IMG/VR virus record: IMGVR_UViG_3300031612_000002
Location: 62,001-117,470 of that record
Direction: 5' to 3' (one strand)
DNA: 55,470 bases
From: an uncultured virus (IMG/VR IMGVR_UViG_3300031612_000002)
Lineage: Duplodnaviria; Heunggongvirae; Uroviricota; Caudoviricetes
Position numbers and translations under genes: made by a program. A model generated the notes under the pieces. It worked only from the letters and a program-made list of their open reading frames with translations. It did not search any database and had not been told where the DNA came from. The number at the start of each line of letters is the position of its first letter. Within the stretch, counting starts at the first letter, position 1. Positions 46,562-55,470 of the stretch are shown one piece after another.

Positions 46562-47731
46562 ATGAGCGAAGATTTAAAATACAGTACATACGATTTTACT
46601 AAAATACCATTTGATGATTTAGTAAGAGTAGGGCAACGCACAATGCTTCATCGCGATTTATTCAGTATTAGTTGGTTACTGGGACGCTATTGTAACTATC
46701 GTTGTAGTTACTGCTGGCCTTACGCTCGTAGTGATAAGAAAGACTTTAGACCTACTGAGTTATGTTTACGTACAGTTGACGAGATTAAGCGTCAAGCACG
46801 AGACAATGGTTTCAATAGTTTTCACTTTAGTTTAAGCGGGGGTGAACCAACATTCCATCCGGGATATTTGGATATAATGAAACACCTTGCAGATGATGTA
46901 GATAACACTAATTACACATCAGTTCACATGACAACTAATATGTCACGTCCCATGAAGTGGTTTGAGACTTATGTTAAGAATGTCGCACCATTTCATAGAG
47001 CAAGTATTACAGCAAGTTTGCACACAGAGCATTTAGACACTAGAGAAAAGATGCAAGTCTTTGCTGATAAGTTAATATTCTGTCAAGAACATGATGTACA
47101 AGTAACTATCAATCAAGTGATGGTTCCAGAATGGTTTGAGCGAGATTGGGATAATGCGTTATTCTTTCATAATCAGGGAATCAACTGTACATTAAAGCCT
47201 ATGTCTGATCCTACTGCTAGTAAGATAGTAGATGGTTACACCGCAGAGCAGATGGAGCGATTACACAACGGTATGCCACAGCGTGGTTATACAGAAGATA
47301 AAGCGAAAAAGACTCAGTTGGTTACACGCCCGACACCTACATTTAAGAAAGATGGGGATCCGTTGTATTGGGAAGAGAATGTAACAGTGCCTCAGCATTT
47401 TCAAGTTGAGTTCATGGATAAAGATAACAAGCATTGGTTCATGGATCAGGCTGAACGATTCAACGCATTTGGTTTTAATAAATTCAAGGGCTGGGAATGT
47501 TCATCTGGTCATCGTAGTATTATTATCAGAGAACCAGATGGTAGTGTGAAGCGTAGTTATAGTTGCGTAGATCAGCCGTTAGGAAATATAGAAACAGGTT
47601 TCAAGTTATTTGATGCACCCACAGTATGTACGACTAATGCGTGCGTGAGTAGTGCAGATAGTAAGATACCTAAGCGTGCGCCAGGTACACAATTACCATT
47701 GTTTCCCGGCGATACATCTTTTAAGGAATAG
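46562..47731 (+). CDS. radical SAM enzyme with C-terminal SPASM-like domain (#7)
   Basis: CNYRCSYC; SGGEPT; GWECSSG..SC..LGNI..C...C. Confidence 0.9.
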   Translation: MSEDLKYSTYDFTKIPFDDLVRVGQRTMLHRDLFSISWLLGRYCNYRCSYCWPYARSDKKDFRPTELCLRTVDEIKRQARDNGFNSFHFSLSGGEPTFHPGYLDIMKHLADDVDNTNYTSVHMTTNMSRPMKWFETYVKNVAPFHRASITASLHTEHLDTREKMQVFADKLIFCQEHDVQVTINQVMVPEWFERDWDNALFFHNQGINCTLKPMSDPTASKIVDGYTAEQMERLHNGMPQRGYTEDKAKKTQLVTRPTPTFKKDGDPLYWEENVTVPQHFQVEFMDKDNKHWFMDQAERFNAFGFNKFKGWECSSGHRSIIIREPDGSVKRSYSCVDQPLGNIETGFKLFDAPTVCTTNACVSSADSKIPKRAPGTQLPLFPGDTSFKE

Positions 47732-47735
47732 TTAT

Positions 47736-48356
47736 ATGTCTGTAATTTTTAATTTAGGAAATCAAATCTTATTAGATAAGAGTATTAATACTAGCAGATT
47801 TATGGAAGAACTATCACAGTTTGACGATAAATGGGAACAATACAATGAATTTAAACCACATATTAAGCGAGACGGTCTATGTGTAATAAATGAAAGTGGT
47901 TTAAATCAATCTGGTCCCGCATTGAATAGTCTGTATGAATGGAATAGAAAATATAATACAGATTACAGTGAAAAAGATTTTGATAAAACTACCCCTGTGT
48001 ATGATCTCACTTCAATGAAAGAGTTACTTGGTGATATATTACATTTATGTGGTAGAACGCATATATTGAGAGTATCGCCAGGCGGTTATTTCCCACCACA
48101 TCGAGATAGTCGTGGTGAAAATGTGGATACGTTTAGATTAATAATGGCGTTATCTAATACTACAAATCCGTGGTTTAGATTTATGTTAGAAGATAAGCCG
48201 CTTTATTTTGAAATGGGCCAACTATATGCAGTGAACACTACATTAGAGCATGCATTATTTAATGCAAGTACTAAAGATAGTTATTGGTTAGTTATCAATG
48301 CGCATAACACGCCTGAAATGCATGACTGGGTTAGATCTAATCTAGCGATTAAGTAG
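47736..48356 (+). CDS. 2OG-Fe(II) oxygenase, aspartyl/asparaginyl beta-hydroxylase-like
   Basis: GGYFPPHRD (HxD), NTTLEHALFN. Confidence 0.75.
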   Translation: MSVIFNLGNQILLDKSINTSRFMEELSQFDDKWEQYNEFKPHIKRDGLCVINESGLNQSGPALNSLYEWNRKYNTDYSEKDFDKTTPVYDLTSMKELLGDILHLCGRTHILRVSPGGYFPPHRDSRGENVDTFRLIMALSNTTNPWFRFMLEDKPLYFEMGQLYAVNTTLEHALFNASTKDSYWLVINAHNTPEMHDWVRSNLAIK

Positions 48357-49025
48357 TAACCATAAGTCGAGTGCGTAGTCACGCCATGCTTGCTTATATT
48401 CCAAGAAATATTTCCCTTCACTATAACGAATGAATTCCCAATTTACGGTACTTACTATTGTTGGATTCCATTCGGTGTCTCGTTCCGTACGTTTTAACGC
48501 TGGTTCCACTGTACAATCTATGCTATTAGTCGCCTTATACGTGATTGCGTCTAAGAAAGCCTCTGAGGACCTCACTTCGGTGCTATTCTGAGGGATAGTA
48601 AATATGTCTTCATTGAAGTGAATATAGATGCTTTCTATAGGTTTTATGGGATCACATTTCCACATTGCTGCGATACGACCCGAACCAGGATGAACACGAT
48701 ATCTATCTGCCCAAGGTTCGTGTAATAGTTGCGGTTTGAATATTAGTTTGTCTTGTTTGATTTGTTCTTCTAGATAATACAACTTAGTTGCATCTTCGAT
48801 CAATGCACGATTGGGCATTGAATTGTCTAAGATACGAGAGCCCATGAAATGCTCTACATCTTCGAATGTTAGTTTTGAGAATCTATCATAGATATCAGTT
48901 AGATATGGTTTGGGCGAACCGATAAGTGAAACAGTGTCATGTACTATATGAACACTGCCACCTAATGAGATATGGTTATTAAACCAGTTATTAATTATTG
49001 AGAAATTGTTCTGCGATGATAACAT
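48342..49025 (-). CDS. hypothetical protein (ParB/Srx-like HPG..R motif)
   Basis: YRVHPGSGR; 227 aa. Confidence 0.55.
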   Translation of the reverse strand: MLSSQNNFSIINNWFNNHISLGGSVHIVHDTVSLIGSPKPYLTDIYDRFSKLTFEDVEHFMGSRILDNSMPNRALIEDATKLYYLEEQIKQDKLIFKPQLLHEPWADRYRVHPGSGRIAAMWKCDPIKPIESIYIHFNEDIFTIPQNSTEVRSSEAFLDAITYKATNSIDCTVEPALKRTERDTEWNPTIVSTVNWEFIRYSEGKYFLEYKQAWRDYALDLWLLLNR

Positions 49026-49716
49026 GCCAATCAGGTCCTGGATGGGTTAAATCCCTTCCGTATGGGTATTGTGTGTGGTTCATATCTAATACACTTGTTT
49101 GGTGTAATTTGATATTATTCATAGAACAAACACCTTCTAGTAGCATTATGTTCTTGATATAATTATATTCATCCCACAAATCATTACTAAGATACAATAG
49201 TGCGTTATCCCAACTTACCCAAGTTTGTGATAACATTTGAGAGGCTTCTACGGGTGTTACATTCTTAAATGCAATCACATTGCCTTTTTCATCTACCCAT
49301 TCTCTACGTTGTGGAAATGTCCAGCAGACATAGATATCAGTAGGCTTAAAAGTATTTATATAACTAATTGCGAGTCGTGCAATTTTGTCATTAGAACTGC
49401 CGGGTTGACCACAGTTTGCAATGTCTAATATATAGGGCCAATGTTGATTTTCGTCTACGCTTGAACCAAATGTAAAACTACAACCGAAAGCGGCAGCAAC
49501 ACCCACTCCTGGTTCAATTGCGCCTCTATAACCATGTTCGTTAATATTGTACGTAACATTGTGTTCACTCCATCCTAATTTAGTTGCTTCTATTTTATTT
49601 GATTCCCAGACACGTTTTTCTCCTTCTTCACGAAAGTGATAAGTGCCGGGTTTGTCATTGCCGATATGAAATTTATCAAACCAATTTGATTTAATTACTT
49701 GATCTTTATTCATCAA
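48991..49716 (-). CDS. SGNH/GDSL-like hydrolase or acyltransferase
   Basis: FGCSFTFG, NCGQPGSSN, WT...RRE, DLTHPG (DxxH). Confidence 0.65.
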   Translation of the reverse strand: MMNKDQVIKSNWFDKFHIGNDKPGTYHFREEGEKRVWESNKIEATKLGWSEHNVTYNINEHGYRGAIEPGVGVAAAFGCSFTFGSSVDENQHWPYILDIANCGQPGSSNDKIARLAISYINTFKPTDIYVCWTFPQRREWVDEKGNVIAFKNVTPVEASQMLSQTWVSWDNALLYLSNDLWDEYNYIKNIMLLEGVCSMNNIKLHQTSVLDMNHTQYPYGRDLTHPGPDWHVIIAEQFLNN

Positions 49717-49954
49717 AATATTTCGATGGTGGCTTCAGTTTGAATTCAGCACCGTTGTTGCAAGTAACTAATTCCATATAATCATCGTTATTATCTTCGC
49801 TATTAATTGTCATGAAATCGACACCATCGTTGAAAACGCATAAACCAACTGCCATTTCGTAATCTGGTAGTGTAGTTCTAACTGTTGATTCGCTAACGCC
49901 AAATACGAATCCCACACCAACTAGCAACATTAACCCAAAAATAGTTTGTATCAT
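49706..49954 (-). CDS. exported hypothetical protein
   Basis: N-terminal hydrophobic helix; C..NDG..CNNGAEF. Confidence 0.65.
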   Translation of the reverse strand: MIQTIFGLMLLVGVGFVFGVSESTVRTTLPDYEMAVGLCVFNDGVDFMTINSEDNNDDYMELVTCNNGAEFKLKPPSKYFDE

Positions 49955-50139
49955 TATGTGTTATCTCCATCTGGTAATTGCTTAGGCATGCTTGGCTTAT
50001 GCCATTGCTTCACCCCTGCATCTCTTTTATTCTGTAACCGTTGTTTCTCAACGTAGTCAAAATCCCTGAGAGGAGTATCGTAATACTCCACAACATCAGG
50101 TTCATACATATCCCAACAATTACTCATCTTCATATTCAT
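49954..50139 (-). CDS. hypothetical protein
   Basis: 61 aa, GAGG RBS. Confidence 0.55.
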   Translation of the reverse strand: MNMKMSNCWDMYEPDVVEYYDTPLRDFDYVEKQRLQNKRDAGVKQWHKPSMPKQLPDGDNT

Positions 50140-50190
50140 CTTCCTCTACCACTTCTTTTTCAGCGACAAACAATAGCAACTCTTCTGCTA

Positions 50191-50415
50191 TTAGGTATTA
50201 TCTCCGTCTGTATAGGTTAGTTTTGATTTATCAAAAACACCACGGTTTAATTCCTTTTTTTCTTTTACTGCTTTGCGTTTAGCACGAGCCGCTTCACTTT
50301 TGCGCAAACGTTCTGCTGCTGCCTTTTCTGTCATTACTTCATTAATTGTTTCTTCTTCGATCATGTCTACATCCTTCATATAATCACCTGCTGTTGTAAA
50401 TTTAATATCGCTCAT
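50191..50415 (-). CDS. hypothetical protein
   Basis: 74 aa, AGGA RBS, ATGA coupling. Confidence 0.6.
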   Translation of the reverse strand: MSDIKFTTAGDYMKDVDMIEEETINEVMTEKAAAERLRKSEAARAKRKAVKEKKELNRGVFDKSKLTYTDGDNT

Positions 50416-50855
50416 CGTCTCATCCTTGCAATTTCAATTGCCATCTGTTTGTTATCTTCAAATATAGGAACCATGTTACTTTTATGCATTGTAGCGATGC
50501 CAAGTAGTTTTTGTTCACCAGTATACGCAGGCGATTCTTTTTTAGATGCTACACCAATGCCAGTTCCCTTGCTAGGATATTGTTTTGTATCACGCTGAAA
50601 TGCAGCCGATGGAACAAGTTCCTTGAACTTCTTTGCTTTAGGTTTGTAGTTACCACGTACATACAAATCATATTCTGCTAACGACATCATTTGATCATGT
50701 GCACCACTTTGCTTCATACGCTTATTGTGATCTCGATGTTGGTTTTCAAATATAGATTGCTGCACTTTAGTACGATTAGTTTGCTTACGCTTCTTATAAG
50801 ATGTAGTTGTTAGTCCTGGACCTACTAGTGACATAGTCATTAAAAATTTCCCCAT
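50412..50855 (-). CDS. conserved T4-like phage hypothetical protein
   Basis: YTG..LLGIATMHKSNMVPIF...IARMRR; true start may be a downstream Met. Confidence 0.75.
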   Translation of the reverse strand: MGKFLMTMSLVGPGLTTTSYKKRKQTNRTKVQQSIFENQHRDHNKRMKQSGAHDQMMSLAEYDLYVRGNYKPKAKKFKELVPSAAFQRDTKQYPSKGTGIGVASKKESPAYTGEQKLLGIATMHKSNMVPIFEDNKQMAIEIARMRR

Positions 50856-50900
50856 TGTTTCTTCTTTTTGCTTTGAGTTTAAACTCTTTCTGCATCATGC

Positions 50901-51071
50901 TCATTCTTCTAAGAATATCTTTAAAGTGCTGTAATCATCTTGCATACTGATTCTAGCATTCTTAACATACTTAACAAGCAATCTACCATCATTTCCAATA
51001 ACTTCTACACGAGTTATTTTTGGAAGTTCTTGGTTATCTGCAAAAGCATCGATGTCATCTTGTGTTATCAT
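50901..51071 (-). CDS. small conserved phage protein (56 aa, not in ORF track)
   Basis: GGAG RBS; ITRVEVIG.DGR...SMQDD..TLKIF. Confidence 0.7.
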   Translation of the reverse strand: MITQDDIDAFADNQELPKITRVEVIGNDGRLLVKYVKNARISMQDDYSTLKIFLEE

Positions 51072-51072
51072 T

Positions 51073-51621
51073 TTATTCTCCTGTTAATAACGGTTCATGT
51101 GGTGTTCCCACATAATATTGTTCTAGTAATCGCATTGCACGATTGTATATGTCAGTCCCGTGAATTTTGGTCATGTCACGTAACAATAATTCTTTTTCTT
51201 GCATATAGACTATTGTGAACCCTTCATTAGCCTCGCATATAGATTTGGAGTTTGAAATCAAGTCAGCAACTTTTACAAATTGAGCCTCTAAAGGAGCATC
51301 TGCTAAGTGTGCGCGATCAAGTGCTTTTCTAATTTTCCTGTTACCATCGTCGGGAACAGATACATCAGTTAGCCAATCTACCATTGTAGCGACTTCTGTA
51401 CCAAACATTTTAGATATGAAATCAACTGTAAGTGAAGTATCTTCTACCACGTCATGAAGGAATGCGGCTTGAATTTGAATAGTAGATCCACCGTAAAACC
51501 TAACAATCTCTGCTACTTCACGAGGATGAACAATGTATGGTTCATCACTGTATTTCCTTAATTGTCCGACTGCTGCATGAGCAGTGTGAGCAACCGTTTC
51601 TGCCAAGATTTCTTTACTCAT
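51073..51621 (-). CDS. small (p)ppGpp hydrolase, RelA/SpoT HD domain (SAH/Mesh1-like)
   Basis: H..QLRKYSDEPYIVHP, LHDVVEDT, VKVADLISN. Confidence 0.88.
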   Translation of the reverse strand: MSKEILAETVAHTAHAAVGQLRKYSDEPYIVHPREVAEIVRFYGGSTIQIQAAFLHDVVEDTSLTVDFISKMFGTEVATMVDWLTDVSVPDDGNRKIRKALDRAHLADAPLEAQFVKVADLISNSKSICEANEGFTIVYMQEKELLLRDMTKIHGTDIYNRAMRLLEQYYVGTPHEPLLTGE

Positions 51622-51623
51622 TA

Positions 51624-52016
51624 TTATACCGCCATGTTTTTTTCTGCTTGTAGATATGTGTCAACGCGAGTAAATCTTCCGCCTGCCTCAGTCTGAACTA
51701 ACCAACCGTCACGAGTATATAAGTAGAAGTATTCACAATCATCATAAAACTTGATGTATTCAAGTACTGACTCAAATTCATTAGTAGATGCATCAGTTTC
51801 ACCACGATCACGACCATATATGATGCAATCTGTAAGATCGTATCCTAGTTGACTCATATCACCTGATTCAACTAACTGTGCTACACGATAAGCCGCCTGC
51901 CATTCGGTAACTAGTGTTTCGCCAACACCGTTAGTAACGTAGCCATCGAAATGACAATATACTGCACGAACACTACCGTTTGGAGTCATGTAACCAATTG
52001 CGCTTCTAGTACTCAT
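51624..52016 (-). CDS. conserved early phage protein
   Basis: MSTRSAIG...VYCHFDGY...GDMS..YGRDRGE..EYFYLY. Confidence 0.75.
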   Translation of the reverse strand: MSTRSAIGYMTPNGSVRAVYCHFDGYVTNGVGETLVTEWQAAYRVAQLVESGDMSQLGYDLTDCIIYGRDRGETDASTNEFESVLEYIKFYDDCEYFYLYTRDGWLVQTEAGGRFTRVDTYLQAEKNMAV

Positions 52017-52084
52017 ATCGTTCTCTCTTTCTTTCATTAATTAACTTATGTAACCATTATACTATAAGGAGCCTTACGTGTCAA
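52017..52084 (-). promoter_or_regulatory. early promoter cassette, copy
   Basis: TTGACAcGTAAGGCT..TATAATGGTTACATAAGTTAAT. Confidence 0.88.
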
Positions 52085-52091
52085 CCCCTAA

Positions 52092-52232
52092 TTATACTAA
52101 TTGTGCTTTTAATTTATTAATTTTTTTGTTGATAGCATACTTCTTCATCTTAATATCAGATGTATTGCCATGTAATGAATTTACGTAACGTTCAGCCTGT
52201 TCAATCTTCTGCATGATTTCTTCATTGTTCAT
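52092..52232 (-). CDS. small early protein (46 aa, not in ORF track)
   Basis: Starts at the cassette ATG; MNNEEIMQKIEQAERY...KLKAQLV*. Confidence 0.7.
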   Translation of the reverse strand: MNNEEIMQKIEQAERYVNSLHGNTSDIKMKKYAINKKINKLKAQLV

Positions 52233-52296
52233 AGTCTTGCTCTCTTTATTAACTTATGTAACCATTATACAATAAGAAGCCTTACTTGTCAACACT
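52229..52296 (-). promoter_or_regulatory. early promoter cassette, copy
   Basis: Matches 1200-1267 except part of the spacer and one base after the -10. Confidence 0.9.
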
Positions 52297-52333
52297 TTAT
52301 TTGACTAAATATATACATAATTGGAGATATTAC

Positions 52334-53092
52334 ATGCCACAAAATAAAGAAGTAGATTGGAAAATTGCAGAATTATGTGCACATTTATGCGATGAAGCAT
52401 ATTATGATAAAGCAAGAATGTCTGCATACTTAAAAGATAATAATATAAAATATTCTAGTATCAAGTTTTTTACAAACGATAGTGCACAAGGATATGGTAT
52501 TGTTATGCCAGACTATATAGTTATAGCATTACGAGGAACCGAGCCAACACAAGCAAAAGATATGTTAGCAGACATTAAAGCATGGCCATCCGATAGTGAA
52601 ACAGTTGGTTATGTACACTATGGATTTAAAACAGAAATTGATAAGTTATACCCATCAATCATTAAATGGTTAGGTAAGCGAGTAACCACTAAAAAACTTG
52701 TTATAACAGGACATAGTCTAGGTGCTGCAATGGCAACTATCCTTGCAAGTAGGGTGGCTAAATTAGACGCAGATTTGGTATTGTATACATATGGATGCCC
52801 AAGAACAGGCAATAAGGAATGGGGTGTACAGTTTGATAACATAGAAGCATATCGCTTCGTAAACAATAATGACATTATACCACAAGTTCCGATATTAGGA
52901 TATTATCGTCATGTTGGACAGTTAAATTATATAACTTATGATTTTAAAATATTAACTGATCTTACTTGGTGGCAACGATTTGTTGATAAAGTAAAAGGTA
53001 CATTTAAAGCATGGAGTAAGTTTCAATTTTTTGATGGGATTTATGATCACCTAAGTACTAATTATATTGAAAAGATTAAACAACGCAAATAA
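52334..53092 (+). CDS. class 3 lipase
   Basis: ALRGT, VHYGF, TGHSLGAA (GxSxG), YGCPRTG, NNNDIIP, DH; TAAATA 52306. Confidence 0.9.
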   Translation: MPQNKEVDWKIAELCAHLCDEAYYDKARMSAYLKDNNIKYSSIKFFTNDSAQGYGIVMPDYIVIALRGTEPTQAKDMLADIKAWPSDSETVGYVHYGFKTEIDKLYPSIIKWLGKRVTTKKLVITGHSLGAAMATILASRVAKLDADLVLYTYGCPRTGNKEWGVQFDNIEAYRFVNNNDIIPQVPILGYYRHVGQLNYITYDFKILTDLTWWQRFVDKVKGTFKAWSKFQFFDGIYDHLSTNYIEKIKQRK

Positions 53093-53116
53093 AAAAGCCC
53101 AGTTAAACTGGGCTAT
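53091..53116. terminator. intrinsic terminator between convergent genes
   Basis: AAAAAAGCCCAG-ttaaa-CTGGGCT. Confidence 0.75.
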
Positions 53117-53118
53117 TG

Positions 53119-53904
53119 TTATCCTACGAATGCACGTTCTACTACGAATGTGCCTGGATCACTCATGTTACCTTCAACGAATCCTTTTTCAAGTAGATGA
53201 TTTTGTAAATCCTCATTGAATGGAATAGACCCGCAAATCATAACTCTATCGAATTCAGAATCAAGATGTGGTAACTGTAACTTGTCTTCTATCGAATGAT
53301 CGAATAGTGCGGTAGTTACTCTGCCTTCATTCTCATATTCTTCACGAGAAACCGTTGCGTAATAATGGAATTTATTCTGCACTAACTCACCATACAATTC
53401 GTGTTCGTTAAGACCTAACCACATATCTTTCCAAACTAAATCTTCGATCTTTCTAGTACCGTGTACCAATATTACATTATCATAGTTGTCGTAAATATCA
53501 AGACTACGTGCTAACCCCATAAATGGTGCTACGCCAGTGCCCGAACTTAACATATATAGATTACGACCTGGCTTGACATTATCTGGGACTAATGTACCAG
53601 TTGGTTTAGTACCTACTAGGATTTTGTCACCTACTTTAACATGCTGTAATTTACTTGTTAAAGGTCCGTCTTGTACTTTGATACTATAGAATTCCAAGTA
53701 TTCAGCGTATGATGGTGAAGCAATACTGTATGCTCTTAATATAGGTTTATTCCTTTGGAGTTTTTCAGAGAAGTGATCTAATCCCATCATGACGAACTCA
53801 CCATCTTTAAATCTGAATCCTGGATTTCTTGTTGTTTTAAAATAAAATAATTCGTCTGTGTAATGAATTACTTCTAACACAGTTTCATATGTTGTTGCTG
53901 CCAA
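53119..53904 (-). CDS. fpr: ferredoxin(flavodoxin)-NADP+ reductase
   Basis: RAYSIAS, GPLTS, SGTGVAPF, VSRE, MICGS, VERAF. Confidence 0.93.
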   Translation of the reverse strand: MAATTYETVLEVIHYTDELFYFKTTRNPGFRFKDGEFVMMGLDHFSEKLQRNKPILRAYSIASPSYAEYLEFYSIKVQDGPLTSKLQHVKVGDKILVGTKPTGTLVPDNVKPGRNLYMLSSGTGVAPFMGLARSLDIYDNYDNVILVHGTRKIEDLVWKDMWLGLNEHELYGELVQNKFHYYATVSREEYENEGRVTTALFDHSIEDKLQLPHLDSEFDRVMICGSIPFNEDLQNHLLEKGFVEGNMSDPGTFVVERAFVG

Positions 53905-53908
53905 TTAA

Positions 53909-54361
53909 CTATCCTCTTATGTTTTGTTTGCCATAGACACTACCATCTTGTCCGGTTTCGTTGCTGTTGGTGCAGTCTAATTTGTGATCAGTCGCGTGCG
54001 GGCATCTTTTATTCCCACAGGTGGGACATAATGTCATTCGCATGCCCGATGTTGCAGGGTTACATGTGATACAGTGACATTTATCTGTTGTTTCTAACGA
54101 TTTGACGCGTCTTTCTAGATCAACTATCTTGTTATATAGATTAGGGTTTAGTTTTTTCCATGCATCAGGATCAGCCTTAAACCATGTCCAACCACATTTG
54201 TTTACTAAATAATTTAGCAATGTAGACCATTTACCATAAGTCCATAGTGCGATTTTAGTGTCAGTAATCCATGCTATAAACAATGCACCAAAAATACTAC
54301 CAGCCAATGCAGTCCATATCCATAGTCTATCGGTAGACATACTTTGTATTGTGTCCCACAT
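53909..54361 (-). CDS. membrane protein with C-terminal Cys-rich zinc-binding domain
   Basis: TM helix; CHCITC..CPTCGNKRCPHATDH. Confidence 0.65.
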   Translation of the reverse strand: MWDTIQSMSTDRLWIWTALAGSIFGALFIAWITDTKIALWTYGKWSTLLNYLVNKCGWTWFKADPDAWKKLNPNLYNKIVDLERRVKSLETTDKCHCITCNPATSGMRMTLCPTCGNKRCPHATDHKLDCTNSNETGQDGSVYGKQNIRG

Positions 54362-54375
54362 TGTGCAATCTCCTA

Positions 54376-54756
54376 TTAAGCGTGCTTTTCTTTATAGTCT
54401 GCTACTGCCGCTTTGATAGCGTCTTCTGCTAATACTGAGCAGTGAATTTTAACTGGTGGTAGCGCAAGTTCCGATGCAATATCACTATTGGAGATAGCAA
54501 CTGCTTCGTCTAAATCCATACCTTTTAATATTTCTGTCACCAGTGAACTTGATGCAATTGCTGAACCACAACCATAGGTTTTGAATTTAGCATCTTCAAT
54601 AACACCTTCATCGCTAACCTTAATTTGTAATCGCATTACGTCACCACAAGCGGGCGCTCCTACCATGCCAGTACCTACATTTTCATCTGATTCATCCATC
54701 TTACCTACGTTACGTGGGTTTTCATAATGATCTAATACTGCCTTACTGTAACTCAT
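54376..54756 (-). CDS. iscU: Fe-S cluster scaffold IscU
   Basis: DHYENPRNVG, APACGD, GCGSAIASSS, LPPVKIHC. Confidence 0.97.
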   Translation of the reverse strand: MSYSKAVLDHYENPRNVGKMDESDENVGTGMVGAPACGDVMRLQIKVSDEGVIEDAKFKTYGCGSAIASSSLVTEILKGMDLDEAVAISNSDIASELALPPVKIHCSVLAEDAIKAAVADYKEKHA

Positions 54757-54798
54757 ATAATTTCCTTATTTAATCTACTATTTATTCGGAACCACTCA

Positions 54799-55470
54799 TT
54801 AGTGAGCAGCCCATACTACTGTACTTAAATCAACACCATCTTTGAACATGTCCCATAGTGGGGATAAGTCTCGTAATTTTTGAACTTTTTCACGAACAAG
54901 AATGATTGCATCATCTACGTCTTTTTCTGTTGTATAACGACCTACGCTAAACCGAATTGAACTGTGTGCTAATTCGTCACTAAGTCCCAATGCTCTCAAT
55001 ACGTATGATGGTTCAAGGCTTGCAGATGTACATGCAGAGCCAGATGATACTGCGATATTAGAGATTGCCATTAATAGAGATTCACCCTCTACATAATTAA
55101 AACTAATATTTAAGTTACTGCCAATACGTTGTTCAAAATCGCCATTGACTACTACTTCTTCCATATCAGAAAAACCAGCGTATAGCCTATCTCTTAATGC
55201 GCGTGTACGAATTTCTTCTGAATCCATGCATTCTTGTGCAATGGCGAATGCTTCTCCCATACCAACAATTTGATGTGTTGCTAATGTACCAGAGCGCATA
55301 CCACGTTCATGTCCACCACCATGCATCTGTGCTTCAAGACGAACTCTAGGTTTGCGAGATACATATAGTGCACCCATGCCTTTAGGTCCGTATATCTTAT
55401 GTGCGGAAAAACTCATTAAATCTACTGGGAGCGTTGCTAAGTCAATTGGCATTTTGCCTACTGATTGAGC
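54799..55470 (-). CDS. iscS: cysteine desulfurase IscS, 5'-truncated by window edge
   Basis: [38 protein letters not shown]. Confidence 0.97.
   Translation of the reverse strand, partial: AQSVGKMPIDLATLPVDLMSFSAHKIYGPKGMGALYVSRKPRVRLEAQMHGGGHERGMRSGTLATHQIVGMGEAFAIAQECMDSEEIRTRALRDRLYAGFSDMEEVVVNGDFEQRIGSNLNISFNYVEGESLLMAISNIAVSSGSACTSASLEPSYVLRALGLSDELAHSSIRFSVGRYTTEKDVDDAIILVREKVQKLRDLSPLWDMFKDGVDLSTVVWAAH

Noticed and set aside
1..55470. Stop-codon reassignment as in some jumbo phages
   Set aside because: Conserved genes are full length in the standard code; TAA, TAG and TGA all end genes
1..55470. tRNA, tmRNA or rRNA genes
   Set aside because: No cloverleaf or T-loop consensus seen by eye in intergenic gaps; tRNAscan/ARAGORN not run
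53119..55470. isc/fpr region as flanking host chromosome (prophage boundary)
   Set aside because: A phage-type ORF is interleaved, a TAAATA site precedes iscU, iscA/hscBA do not follow iscU, and no integrase or att site is seen; not fully excluded at the window edge

Overview
AT-rich segment of a large (jumbo-type, T4-superfamily-like) tailed phage, read in the standard genetic code. The host is probably a Gram-negative gammaproteobacterium (i-/o-spanin pair, IscS/IscU, Fpr, GlpE-like rhodanese). Left to right: (1) early genes behind near-identical sigma70 promoter cassettes; (2) phoH, IF-1, spanins, and a DnaJ-ClpA-leucyl aminopeptidase module; (3) late structural genes under a TAAATA promoter; (4) a block of ORFs with M-K/R-x-x-E-type N-termini that look like head-packaged, protease-processed effectors (nucleotidyltransferase, ART-like, PD-(D/E)XK-like); (5) family B DNA polymerase, acyl-CoA dehydrogenase, MoxR ATPase, a deleted GIY-YIG gene, a candidate structured RNA and a ligase paralogue lacking its catalytic Lys; (6) a ~16.6 kb enzyme cluster with seven radical SAM genes, two 2OG-Fe(II) hydroxylases, PLP, SDR, kinase-like and SGNH-like enzymes plus short peptides; (7) a (p)ppGpp hydrolase, lipase and fpr/iscU/iscS. 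The best candidates for an undescribed system are the radical-SAM cluster with its own Fe-S/electron supply, and the capsid-targeted effector block. All assignments come from motif reading by eye; no searches were run.
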